From: Erysipelotrichaceae bacterium
GTDB lineage: Bacteria > Bacillota_I > Bacilli_A > Erysipelotrichales > Erysipelotrichaceae
NCBI GenBank assembly: GCA_030536365.1
Contig: JAUNQE010000001.1
Coordinates: 10,137-74,136, forward strand
Reading direction: 5' to 3'
Length of the DNA stretch: 64,000 bases
The first letter of the stretch is position 1. The number at the start of each line of letters is the position of its first letter. The position numbers were made by a program, and so were the translations under genes. Shown here one piece after another: positions 16,611-25,538 of this stretch. The notes beneath the pieces were generated by a model. That model was not told where the DNA came from, made no database searches, and saw nothing but the letters and a program-made list of their open reading frames with translations.

Positions 16611-18389
16611 ATGTCTGAAAAGAAAGAACGGGAAAACATTTACATCAAGCGGACTTTTGACGGCGTTGAGTATGAGGTGCCCTTCATTAAGGGCAACCCG
16701 GGCAAGACCCGTGAGGAGATGGATGCCATGCGGGCAGCCGGTATCCCGACGGGCATGGGTTTCAGCTACTGCGCCAAACTCAATCCACGCACGTACGAAG
16801 CCGGTCCGGGCGTCAAATGCATGCAGGATCAGAGCATCTACATGCGTGACGGCACCAGGATCTATGCCGACGTCTATCTGCCGAGTGACAGCACTGCCAA
16901 AGTGCCGGCGATCCTCTGCTGGGGACCTTTCGGCAAACGTCCGGCCGAAGGCATGGATGACTGGAAACTGATGGGTGTTCCGCCGAAGACCGTCTCCGAA
17001 ATGGCGAAATTCGAAGCGGCTGACCCGGGCTACTGGTGCCGCAACGGCTACGCGATCGTCAACGCTGACCCGCCGGGCATCGGCAACTCCGAAGGCAACG
17101 TCAACCTCTGGGGAACAGATGACGCCAAGAACGGCTACGATACCGTTGAATGGATCGCCAAACAGGAATGGTGCAACGGCAAGGTCACCTTATTCGGCAA
17201 CTCCGGCGTCTGTATGTCCCACTGGAAGATCGCGGCTGAACAGCCGCCGCATCTGGCCTGTATCGCTGCCTGGGAAGGTATCGGCGACCTGTACCGCGAA
17301 TCGTTCTTCTGCGGCGGTGTTCCGAACCCGGACTACGAAGAGGGCATCATCAACACCTGTGCCAACAAGACCTATATGGAAAACACCATCGCGATGATCC
17401 ACAAGTATCCGCTGATGAACGAATACTGGGAAGACAAGATCGTCAAATGGGAGAAGATCCGCATACCGGCTTATGTCACCTGCGGCTGGGTCCACCATCA
17501 TTTAAGAGGCTCCGTCGAAGGCTTCCGCCGTATCCGTTCGCCGAAGAAATGGCTGCGCGCGCACCGCGAATTCGAATGGCCGGACAGCTACAATCCGGAG
17601 AACCTGGAAGACCTCAAGCGTTTCTATGACCGCTACTGCAAAGACGTCAACAACGGCTGGGAATTCACCCCGAAAGTCCGTCTGCAGGTCATGGACGCCT
17701 ATGACTATGACTACACCGGTTACGGTTACCGCCGCGAGAACGAATTCCCGCTGAAGCGTACCGAATACCGTAAGATCTATCTCGACGCCGCGACGATGGG
17801 CTGCTCCTATGAACCCTACAACAACGAAGCGGAAGTCACTTACGACCCGAAGACCGAGACGACGGAATTCAAATTCCTCGTTCCGGAAGAGACCGAGATC
17901 ACCGGTTTCATGAAGTTGCATCTGAATATCGAATGCCGCGGCCATGACAATATGGACCTCTTCCCGTGGGTGCTGAAATACGGCGAAGACGGAGAATATG
18001 TCCCGCTCCGCTGCATGGGCGCGGAATACCGCGGCGCCTGGGGCTTTGCGAGAGGTTCCCACCGTGAACTCGATCCGAAATATTCCTCTGACTTCCAGCC
18101 GGTCGCAGCGCACAGAAAGAACGAACCGATGGAACAGGGCAAAGTCTATCCGATCGATATCGAAATGTATCCGCACAGCCGTGTATGGCATAAGGGCGAA
18201 TACATCGTTGTCCGTCTGGCCGGCCGCTTCATCAAGACCGAATGGTTCCACGATAATAATATGAATCACCAGGTCGATAACGGGGACGGCATCCATGTCA
18301 TCCATACCGGCGGCAAATATGACTCCTATCTGCAGATCCCGGTCATCCCGCCGAAATGGAAGACCAGCACCTATACCTATCCTTACTGA
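16611..18389 (+). CDS. CocE/NonD-family (S15 X-Pro dipeptidyl-peptidase-like) serine hydrolase / acyl esterase
   Basis: 592 aa; YMRDGTRIYADVYLP...ILCWGPFGK and FGNSGVCMSHW (nucleophile region), plus a large C-terminal beta domain. GGGAGG RBS. It is only 41 nt from the GntR stop with no terminator between. Confidence 0.75.
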   Translation: MSEKKERENIYIKRTFDGVEYEVPFIKGNPGKTREEMDAMRAAGIPTGMGFSYCAKLNPRTYEAGPGVKCMQDQSIYMRDGTRIYADVYLPSDSTAKVPAILCWGPFGKRPAEGMDDWKLMGVPPKTVSEMAKFEAADPGYWCRNGYAIVNADPPGIGNSEGNVNLWGTDDAKNGYDTVEWIAKQEWCNGKVTLFGNSGVCMSHWKIAAEQPPHLACIAAWEGIGDLYRESFFCGGVPNPDYEEGIINTCANKTYMENTIAMIHKYPLMNEYWEDKIVKWEKIRIPAYVTCGWVHHHLRGSVEGFRRIRSPKKWLRAHREFEWPDSYNPENLEDLKRFYDRYCKDVNNGWEFTPKVRLQVMDAYDYDYTGYGYRRENEFPLKRTEYRKIYLDAATMGCSYEPYNNEAEVTYDPKTETTEFKFLVPEETEITGFMKLHLNIECRGHDNMDLFPWVLKYGEDGEYVPLRCMGAEYRGAWGFARGSHRELDPKYSSDFQPVAAHRKNEPMEQGKVYPIDIEMYPHSRVWHKGEYIVVRLAGRFIKTEWFHDNNMNHQVDNGDGIHVIHTGGKYDSYLQIPVIPPKWKTSTYTYPY

Positions 18390-18405
18390 TCCATCTGAAA
18401 GACGT

Positions 18406-18442
18406 AAAAAGACTGTTGCTGAAGGTGACAGTCTATTCTTTC
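18406..18442 (+). terminator. probable terminator after the hydrolase gene
   Basis: GACTGT..ACAGTC hairpin followed by TATTCTTTC. A second hairpin, CCGGTTTTT-N14-AAAAACCGG, lies at 18444-18475. Confidence 0.5.
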
Positions 18443-18542
18443 GCCGGTTTTTAAGGAAAAGAGGGGAAAAACCGGAAAATCGGAGAGGGATTTCAGAAAA
18501 TCACCCGTTTAAAGCTGTTACAGAATGCATTAATACGTAAAA

Positions 18543-18568
18543 GATATTGAATATTGGATACAATATCC
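18543..18568. promoter_or_regulatory. cluster of dyad symmetries abutting the -35 of the ABC-transporter promoter (candidate operator)
   Basis: GATATTG (18543-49) and CAATATC (18561-67) form an inverted repeat. An ATATTG direct repeat lies at 18551-56. A GGATA-caa-TATCC dyad spans 18556-68. Confidence 0.3.
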
Positions 18569-18597
18569 TTGACATGTGAATTGGAAGGGGTTACATT
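18569..18597 (+). promoter_or_regulatory. sigma-70-type promoter for the sugar ABC transporter operon
   Basis: TTGACA (18569-74), a 17-nt spacer, then TACATT (18592-97). It lies about 55 nt upstream of ATG 18652. A TGTACA palindrome sits at the expected transcription start site (18597-18602). Confidence 0.5.
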
Positions 18598-18651
18598 GTA
18601 CATGACGATGGAAGCGCTTCCAAATGGAAGTCATCGTGAAAGGAGAAGAGA

Positions 18652-19791
18652 ATGAAAAAAATCTCAACGCTTATCTTTGCATTACTTCTCGTTGCATGCT
18701 TAGGTCTGACTGCCTGCAACAGCGGCACCACACCGGCTCCGTCTGCAACTCCAGAAGCATCTACCGAAACTACTGCACCGGCTGAAACCAAAGAGCCCGA
18801 ACAGAAGAGCTCCGGTTTATCCAAGGCAACTGTTCTCGACGCAAGCGAACTTCCGATCACAGGTATCGGCACAACTGTCGCAACAGAAGTCAAGGCTTCC
18901 GGCGACTACAAGATCGGCTACATCGCTAAAAACACAACAAACCCGTACATGAACGCGCAGTCCGCTGGTGTTGCCAAGGCTGGTGAAGACATGGGCTTCG
19001 AAGCGATCTGCCAGGCTCCGTCCACAGCTGACTCTGTTGAAGAACAGGTGCGTATCATGGAAAACATGATCGAACAGGGCTGCAACGCCATCATCGTTCA
19101 CTGTGCTGACTCCAACGGTATCATGCCGGGTGTCCGCGCTGCGGAAGACGCTGGTGTCATCGTTCTGACGATCGGTACTCCGGCTGCGGAAGACACATTC
19201 CTCCGTACAGGTGTTGACTACTACGAAACAGGTTACACCATCGCTACTGAAATGGCTGAAGCATTAAACGGCGAAGGCAACATCATCATCCTCGAAGGCC
19301 CGCCGGGAGCTGCTAACGCTATCGAACGTCTGAATGGTATCAACGACGCGTTCGCAAAATATCCGAACATCAAGATCGTTGCTTCCCAGACTGCTAACTT
19401 CAAGAGAACCGAAGGTATGTCCGTTACTGAAAACCTGCTCCAGGGCAACAGTGACATCCAGGGTATCATCGGTGCTAACGATGAAAGTGCTTTAGGTGCT
19501 GTTCAGGCTCTTAAGGGCGCTGGTATCGAAGGCGTTCTCGTCTCCGGTTTCGACGGCTCCGTCGACGCTTCCAACGCTGTCTTAAACGGCGATATGTTCG
19601 AAACATACAACACTGACCCGTACGGTTCCGGTTACATCGCAGCTGCTTACGCTGTCCAGTACCTGAACGACGGTACAGAGCCGGTCGGACGCTTCATCCC
19701 GTTCCCGACAGCTAACAACGACCCGCTGATCAATGCCGAAACAGTTGACGGCTACATCAACGGAAACGCTTGGTTCAACGCATTACAGTAA
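18652..19791 (+). CDS. sugar ABC transporter substrate-binding lipoprotein (PBP1 / RbsB-like, CUT2)
   Basis: 379 aa. Signal peptide with LTAC lipobox, a T/P/A/E-rich linker, then YKIGYIAKNTTNPY... typical of ribose-type binding proteins. Confidence 0.85.
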   Translation: MKKISTLIFALLLVACLGLTACNSGTTPAPSATPEASTETTAPAETKEPEQKSSGLSKATVLDASELPITGIGTTVATEVKASGDYKIGYIAKNTTNPYMNAQSAGVAKAGEDMGFEAICQAPSTADSVEEQVRIMENMIEQGCNAIIVHCADSNGIMPGVRAAEDAGVIVLTIGTPAAEDTFLRTGVDYYETGYTIATEMAEALNGEGNIIILEGPPGAANAIERLNGINDAFAKYPNIKIVASQTANFKRTEGMSVTENLLQGNSDIQGIIGANDESALGAVQALKGAGIEGVLVSGFDGSVDASNAVLNGDMFETYNTDPYGSGYIAAAYAVQYLNDGTEPVGRFIPFPTANNDPLINAETVDGYINGNAWFNALQ

Positions 19792-19813
19792 ATCAATACT
19801 GACTAGTTCTGAC

Positions 19814-19849
19814 GTAGAATGCCCTCTTCCTGCGAAGCGGGCATTCTAC
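19814..19849 (+). other. strong intra-operon stem-loop after the binding-protein gene
   Basis: GTAGAATGCCC...GGGCATTCTAC (11 bp) with an inner CTTC/GAAG extension and no U-tract. Confidence 0.6.
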
Positions 19850-19869
19850 ACATTAATATGGAGTGATAT

Positions 19870-21378
19870 ATGGGAAAAACAATTTTAGAAGCGAAACATA
19901 TCACAAAACTATTCCCGGGAATGAAAGCCTTAGACGATGTCGACTTTGACCTCCAGGAAGGAGAAGTCCATATTCTCGTAGGCGAAAACGGCGCCGGCAA
20001 GAGCACGCTTTCCAAAGTCCTTCTGGGTGCTTACAAACCGGAAGGGGGAGAGATCTTTCTTGACGGACAGCCGCTGAAACTGACCGGCACCAAAGACGCA
20101 ATTGAAAAAGGCATCGTTGCTGTATATCAGGAGAACTCACTGGTTCCTTACCTGAATTCAGCTCAGAATATATTCCTGAACCGCGAACCGAAGACAAAGC
20201 TCGGACTGCTCGATCTGAAGAAGATGAACGATGACGCGCGGGAACTGCTCAAGATCCTGAACTGCGAATACATCGATGTGACGAAAGTCGTCAGCAGCCT
20301 CAGTGTTGCCGAGCAGCAGATGGTCGAGATCGCGAAGGCTCTGTCCTTTTCGCCCCGTATCATCGTATTCGATGAGCCGACTTCCACACTTTCCGAGCGT
20401 GAAGTCGAATCGCTGTTCAAACAGATCCGCAAGCTGAAAGCGGAAGGTCTGGGCATCATCTATGTCTCGCACCGTATGCAGGAATTCCCGCTGATCGGCG
20501 ACCGTATCACCGTCCTGCGTGACGGCAAGAAGATCGGCTGTGTCGGCATCAATGAATGTTCCGACGCGGAGCTCGTCAAGATGATGGTCGGCCGTGATGT
20601 TTCCCAGGTCTATGTCCGCAACAAGACAGACTTCAGTGAGGAAGCGCTCAAAGTCGAGAACTTCTGCGACCAGGACGGCCGCGTAAAGAATGTCAGCTTC
20701 AACGTCCGCAAGGGCGAGATCGTCGGTCTGGCCGGCCTTGTCGGCGCCGGACGTACCGAGACTGCGGAAATGATCTACGGAATCCGCCCGATCGCTTCCG
20801 GCAAGATGACGGTCTTCGGCAAGGAACAGCTGCCTAAGACTCCGACCAGCGCGGTCAAGATGGGCATCGGCCTGATCTCGGAAGACCGCAAGCGTCAGGG
20901 TCTGGCACTGAACGAATCGATCGCGCAGAACAACGTCGCTGTCTCACTGCTGAAAGTCTTCCCGAACTTCTTCGTCAACAACAGTAAGATCAACCAGATC
21001 GCTGAGGAGTTCAAGGAAAAGCTGCGCATCATGACGACGAGCGTCGGCAAGAAGACGCGTTTCCTCTCCGGCGGCAACCAGCAGAAAGTCGTCCTCGCGA
21101 AATGGCTCTCCCAGGATCCGGAGATCCTGATCTTCGATGAGCCGACCCGCGGTATCGACGTTGGCGCCAAGATGGAGATCTACAATCTGATGGACCGTAT
21201 GGCTTCCGAAGGCAAGGCGATCATCATGATCTCCTCCGAACTTCCGGAGATCATCGGTATGAGCGACCGTATCTATATCATGAAGGAAGGCGAGATCACC
21301 GGTGAGCTGAAACGGGAAGACCCCGATTTCAACCAGGAAAAGATCGGTGAGCTGATGATGCTGGGAGGTGCTGAGTAA
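19870..21378 (+). CDS. sugar ABC transporter ATP-binding protein (two fused ABC domains, RbsA/MglA-like)
   Basis: 502 aa. Walker A motifs GENGAGKST and GLVGAGRTE; signature motifs LSVAEQQ and LSGGNQQK. Confidence 0.9.
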   Translation: MGKTILEAKHITKLFPGMKALDDVDFDLQEGEVHILVGENGAGKSTLSKVLLGAYKPEGGEIFLDGQPLKLTGTKDAIEKGIVAVYQENSLVPYLNSAQNIFLNREPKTKLGLLDLKKMNDDARELLKILNCEYIDVTKVVSSLSVAEQQMVEIAKALSFSPRIIVFDEPTSTLSEREVESLFKQIRKLKAEGLGIIYVSHRMQEFPLIGDRITVLRDGKKIGCVGINECSDAELVKMMVGRDVSQVYVRNKTDFSEEALKVENFCDQDGRVKNVSFNVRKGEIVGLAGLVGAGRTETAEMIYGIRPIASGKMTVFGKEQLPKTPTSAVKMGIGLISEDRKRQGLALNESIAQNNVAVSLLKVFPNFFVNNSKINQIAEEFKEKLRIMTTSVGKKTRFLSGGNQQKVVLAKWLSQDPEILIFDEPTRGIDVGAKMEIYNLMDRMASEGKAIIMISSELPEIIGMSDRIYIMKEGEITGELKREDPDFNQEKIGELMMLGGAE

Positions 21379-22328
21379 TGAAGGGCAAGTCATTCAAGGA
21401 TATTATCAGAAGCATCCCGCCGGTCGTATTCATGCTGGTGGCAATGATCGTGATCTTCGCGATCATCGAACCCCGTTATCTGTCCGCTAGAAACTTCCGG
21501 AACATCCTGCTGCAGTGTGTTCCGCTGATGATCATGGCATTCGCCCAGACGATCGTTATCCTTACCGAAGGTATCGATATGTCATTGAATGCGGTGGTCA
21601 ATATCGTAACTGTCCTGACTGTCTGGCTCGCGCTCAAGGGCGTACCGCTTCCGGTCGGCATGCTGATCAGCGTGCTGGTCGCGATCGTGATCGGCGTCGT
21701 CAAGGGCTTCTTCGTATCGAAGTTCTCCTTACCGCCGTTCATCGTCTCCTATGGTATGCAGAACATCGTCAACTCGATCGCTCTCCTGCTTACCGGCGGC
21801 GCTTCGATCTACTTCGCGAGCGAGCTCTACCGGGCTTTCACCAAGACGGTCTTCATCGTTCCCAATAACGTCTGGGTCGCGGCCCTGATGTTCGTGCTCA
21901 CCTATCTGATGCTGAAACGGACCAAGCTCGGCGCCAATATCCGCGCCCTGGGCGGCAACCCGGAATCCCTGACTTTAGCCGGTGTCAATCCCGGAAGATC
22001 CCTGATCAAGGCCTATGCCTTTGCCGGCTTCCTGACCGGTGTCGCCGGTCTGATGATGCTCTGCCGTGTCGAATCCGGACAGCCGATCGTCGCCAACGGC
22101 CTCGAATTCCAGTCTGTCGCGGCAACAGTTCTCGGCGGAACTTCCTTAAGACATGGTAAAGGCAATGTGACCGGTACGATCTTAGGCGTTCTGCTGATCC
22201 AGGTCATTCAGAACGGTCTGAATATCTGCGGTGTTCCGGCGATCTACCAGAGCGTATCCACAGGCGGTATCGTTCTGGCAGCGATCATCGTCAACGCGCT
22301 GATCACCAGCCGCAAGGCGAAAGCATAG
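21378..22328 (+). CDS. sugar ABC transporter permease (RbsC/AraH family)
   Basis: 316 aa polytopic membrane protein. The start overlaps the ATPase stop. Confidence 0.85.
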   Translation: MKGKSFKDIIRSIPPVVFMLVAMIVIFAIIEPRYLSARNFRNILLQCVPLMIMAFAQTIVILTEGIDMSLNAVVNIVTVLTVWLALKGVPLPVGMLISVLVAIVIGVVKGFFVSKFSLPPFIVSYGMQNIVNSIALLLTGGASIYFASELYRAFTKTVFIVPNNVWVAALMFVLTYLMLKRTKLGANIRALGGNPESLTLAGVNPGRSLIKAYAFAGFLTGVAGLMMLCRVESGQPIVANGLEFQSVAATVLGGTSLRHGKGNVTGTILGVLLIQVIQNGLNICGVPAIYQSVSTGGIVLAAIIVNALITSRKAKA

Positions 22329-22342
22329 AAAGGGGAAAGATC

Positions 22343-23296
22343 ATGGAAAAATTCAAACAGGCAATCAAAGAATCGACCGCATTTTACAGCCTGATCGGAC
22401 TTGTCGTCCTGGTCATCCTGTCCTCGATCATCGCCCCGAACTTCCGTACCATCAACAATATGATCACGATCTTCCGTCAGGCTTCGCTGCTGCTGATCCT
22501 CTCATCGGGTCTTACAGCGGTACTGCTGACAGGCACGATGGACCTTTCCGTCGGCGCGACAGCAGGTCTTGTCGGTTGCGTCGTTGCCCAGCTCATCAAG
22601 AGCAGCATCTCCGTTCCGGTCGCGGCTCTGATCGGTATCCTGATCGGTGTCGTCATCGGTCTGATCAACGGTACGCTGGCCGGTATCCTGCCGGGCTTCA
22701 TCGCGACCTACGGCACCAACTGGGTCATTGCCGGTCTTGGTATCGCGATCATGCGCGGACAGGTCATTTATGATCTGCCGCCGTCCTTCACCTTCCTGGG
22801 TGTAGGCTATGTCGGTCCGATCCCGATCCTGGTCATCTTCGCTTTGATCGTCGTGGCGATCCTGTATGTCCTGCTGACAAAGACAACGCTGGGACGCAGG
22901 ATCTACCAGTACGGTTCGAACCCGGTCGCGGCGGAATACTCCGCTGTTCCGACAAGACGCATCGTATTATCCGCATTCGTTATCTGCTCCGTCTGCGCGG
23001 CTTTCGCCGGCATGCTGATGACAGCACGTCTGAATGCGGCGGATGCGGCAATGGGTGACACCTACGGTCTGCAGACGGTTGCGGCTGCTGTTATCGGCGG
23101 CACATCCCAGAAAGGCGGCGAAGGCGGCGTCTTAGGTACGATCGCCGGCGCGCTGATCCTGACGATCGTCGTCAACGTCATGAACCTTACGGGAATTCCG
23201 GCACAGGCACAGGGCCTGATCATCGGTTCCGTCATCGTTATCATGGTCCTGATCGATACTGTTACCAGAAAACGTCAGGAAAACAAAATCGATTAA
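22343..23296 (+). CDS. sugar ABC transporter permease (RbsC/AraH family), second subunit
   Basis: 317 aa polytopic membrane protein, paralogous to the preceding permease. Confidence 0.85.
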   Translation: MEKFKQAIKESTAFYSLIGLVVLVILSSIIAPNFRTINNMITIFRQASLLLILSSGLTAVLLTGTMDLSVGATAGLVGCVVAQLIKSSISVPVAALIGILIGVVIGLINGTLAGILPGFIATYGTNWVIAGLGIAIMRGQVIYDLPPSFTFLGVGYVGPIPILVIFALIVVAILYVLLTKTTLGRRIYQYGSNPVAAEYSAVPTRRIVLSAFVICSVCAAFAGMLMTARLNAADAAMGDTYGLQTVAAAVIGGTSQKGGEGGVLGTIAGALILTIVVNVMNLTGIPAQAQGLIIGSVIVIMVLIDTVTRKRQENKID

Positions 23297-23325
23297 CAAA
23301 GAGTTAATAAAGGAGGAAAAAACTC

Positions 23326-24207
23326 ATGAACTATAAGATCACACCACTGAACACAGGCTTCATCCCGACAAAACCGCTCGAGTACCACTACCATTTCTCC
23401 TGCAAACCTTACTTAAAGGATGTCAAAGATGAACCGGTACCGCTTCCGGACTTCACATTCCTGCTCGAAGGCGAAGACGGAACTCTGATCATGGTCGATA
23501 CAGGTATGGCCTGGACAGACCGCGCCAATAAATACCATCACAAGGGATCCTGGCAGAGAGAAGGTATCGATGATATCGAATCCAAGCTGAAATCCGTAGG
23601 CCATACACCGGCTGAGATCGATATCGTCCTCTTCACACATCTGCACTGGGACCATGTCTTCTATCTTGAAAAATTCACCAAGGCCCGTTTCATCGTCAAC
23701 AAGAAGGAATGGGAATACGCTCACAATCCGGTTCCGCTCCACTTCAAGAGCTATGAACGTCCGATCATCGCCAAAGACGGCGACGTCGTCGTTGCACCGT
23801 TCGATCAGGAAGGCGTTAAGGAACGCTTCGAGTTCGTTGAAGGCGAATGCGAGATCGTCCCCGGCATCAGCGTATACGAAAGCTTCGGTCACTGCCCGGG
23901 TCATCAGACCATCGTTGTTCAGACAAAGAACGGCCCGTACTACTGCGTGGGCGACTCCGTCTTCGTAATGGGCAACATCGATACCACTCCGGAGGTTGAA
24001 GCGAACCTGCATTACGATATCCTTCCTCCGGGACGTTACGTTGATATCGTCGCTTCCTGGCTGACGATCCGTGACACACTGCGCCGCTGCAAAGAAGCAG
24101 GCGTTGATCCGCATAAGCACCTGCTGCTCGCGCATGACTACGGACTTTCCGATTACTGCGACGAGTACGAAAAGGAAAACGGCAAACTGCCGGTCTTCGG
24201 AGAATAA
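23326..24207 (+). CDS. MBL-fold hydrolase, AiiA-like lactonase family (copy 2)
   Basis: 293 aa; AGGAGG RBS. HLHWDH motif, MVDTGM, ANKYHH and WEYA.NP.PL..KSYE are shared with copy 1 (1949-2761). Confidence 0.85.
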   Translation: MNYKITPLNTGFIPTKPLEYHYHFSCKPYLKDVKDEPVPLPDFTFLLEGEDGTLIMVDTGMAWTDRANKYHHKGSWQREGIDDIESKLKSVGHTPAEIDIVLFTHLHWDHVFYLEKFTKARFIVNKKEWEYAHNPVPLHFKSYERPIIAKDGDVVVAPFDQEGVKERFEFVEGECEIVPGISVYESFGHCPGHQTIVVQTKNGPYYCVGDSVFVMGNIDTTPEVEANLHYDILPPGRYVDIVASWLTIRDTLRRCKEAGVDPHKHLLLAHDYGLSDYCDEYEKENGKLPVFGE

Positions 24208-24220
24208 AATCAATACTGTG

Positions 24221-24255
24221 GTATCATGAAGACCTGTGAATGGTCTTCATGATAC
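24221..24255 (+). other. perfect 14-bp stem-loop between MBL copy 2 and UPF0261 copy 2
   Basis: GTATCATGAAGACC-tgtgaat-GGTCTTCATGATAC followed only by TTT. It could be a partial terminator or a processing/stability element. Confidence 0.6.
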
Positions 24256-24273
24256 TTTATAATGGAGTTTAAT

Positions 24274-25536
24274 ATGAAAACGATAGCGATCATTGAAAGC
24301 TGTGATACGAAATACAGAGAAGCGCAGTACATTAAGGAGCTGGTGGAAAAAGAGGGGATGACGGGTCTTGTCATCGACGTCGCCACCGGTCCTTATCCTT
24401 CCTACAATTTTGATGTATCGCGCGAAGAGATCGTCCGGGTGAAGGGCAAGGAATGGAAGGAGCTCGAACCCAGAAGCAAAGGCGAAAAGATCGAGTTCAT
24501 GCGCGAAGCCGTTACCGCCTATGTCCGCAAGCTCTATGACGAAGGCAGGATCGACGGTGTCGTCTCGATCGGCGGCCTCCAGAATACGGTCATGGCGACT
24601 TCCGCCATGCGCAGCCTGCCGATCGGTTTCCCGAAAGTCATGGCTACAACGATCGCCTGCGGCAGAAAGACCTTTGATCCCGTCGTCGGCGAAAAGGATG
24701 TTGTCGTGATCCCGGCGATCTGCGATTTCACCGGCCTTAACCTCGTCACGAGACAGGTCATTGCCAACGCGACTGCCTGCTGTATCGGCATGGTCAAGAC
24801 TGCCGGACATGTCCTGAAAAAGGGAGACAGACCGGTCGTCGGCGTCACCCTGATGGGGATCACCAATACCGGCGCCTGCGCCGCGATCGATGAACTGGAA
24901 CGCTGCGGTATCGAAGCCCTGGGTTTCCACGCCACCGGTGTCGGCGGACCGACGATGGAGCAGATGGCGGAAGACGGACTGATCGACGGTATCCTGGATC
25001 TGACGGTCCATGAGATCACCGAGGAACATTTCGGAGGCGGTTTCTCCTATGGCGAGAACGCCAAGATCCGCATCCGCAAGAGCGTAGCTGCCAAAGTCCC
25101 GCTGGTGGTCAGTGTCGGCGGCATCGATTTCATTGATTTCGCGCCGTCGGAATTCCCACCGCGCATGGAAGAACGCAAATACATGATGCATAACGCCACG
25201 ATGGCCCACATCAAACTGCTGCCGGATGAAGTTGAGGAAGCTACCCGCAGCTACCGTGAACGTCTGGCGGCGATCGATTATCCGGTCAAAGTACTATTAC
25301 CGACAGACGGTATGCGTCATAATACCCGTAAAGGCGAGGAACTCTACTGGCCGGAAGTGGATGAAGCCATCCTCTCCGGCATCCGCAGCATCGAGAATCC
25401 CAATCTTGAGTTCATCACGATCGAAGGAAATCTCGATACCAGGGAGTGGGGGATCCAGGCCGCTCACTATATGATCGATGAATTAGTGGAAAAAGGCGTG
25501 ATCCGCAAGGAAGATCACAACTACGAGGAGGAATAA
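24274..25536 (+). CDS. UPF0261 / Tm-1-like ATP-binding domain protein (copy 2)
   Basis: 420 aa from ATG 24274 (GGAG 7 nt upstream); ATG 24262 is an alternative start. MKTIAIIESCDTK.., GFPKV, VGEKD and FHATGVGG parallel copy 1. Confidence 0.8.
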   Translation: MKTIAIIESCDTKYREAQYIKELVEKEGMTGLVIDVATGPYPSYNFDVSREEIVRVKGKEWKELEPRSKGEKIEFMREAVTAYVRKLYDEGRIDGVVSIGGLQNTVMATSAMRSLPIGFPKVMATTIACGRKTFDPVVGEKDVVVIPAICDFTGLNLVTRQVIANATACCIGMVKTAGHVLKKGDRPVVGVTLMGITNTGACAAIDELERCGIEALGFHATGVGGPTMEQMAEDGLIDGILDLTVHEITEEHFGGGFSYGENAKIRIRKSVAAKVPLVVSVGGIDFIDFAPSEFPPRMEERKYMMHNATMAHIKLLPDEVEEATRSYRERLAAIDYPVKVLLPTDGMRHNTRKGEELYWPEVDEAILSGIRSIENPNLEFITIEGNLDTREWGIQAAHYMIDELVEKGVIRKEDHNYEEE

Positions 25537-25538
25537 AC

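Noticed and set aside
18295-18540. An 81-aa ORF running from the end of the hydrolase gene across the intergenic region.
   Set aside because: It overlaps the 3' end of the hydrolase gene out of frame, crosses two hairpins, has no RBS and gives a basic low-complexity product.
19789-24217. The shared 11-mer AATCAATACTG immediately after the stop codons of the binding-protein gene (19791) and of MBL copy 2 (24207), each followed by a strong hairpin.
   Set aside because: By a rough estimate, hundreds of exact 11-mer coincidences are expected by chance in 64 kb. The hairpins themselves are unrelated in sequence. There is not enough here to call a repeat element.
24258-24263. A consensus TATAAT directly after the 14-bp hairpin, considered as an internal promoter for UPF0261 copy 2.
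   Set aside because: A start about 7 nt downstream would fall inside or after the GGAG RBS (24264-67) and only about 4 nt from ATG 24274. No -35 can exist inside the hairpin stem without conflict. The hexamer is more likely part of the AT-rich spacer.
23413-25209. Minus-strand ORFs of 266 and 320 aa opposite MBL copy 2 and UPF0261 copy 2.
   Set aside because: They are antisense to genes whose products align motif by motif with the first copies at 1949-4002. They have no RBS and biased composition.
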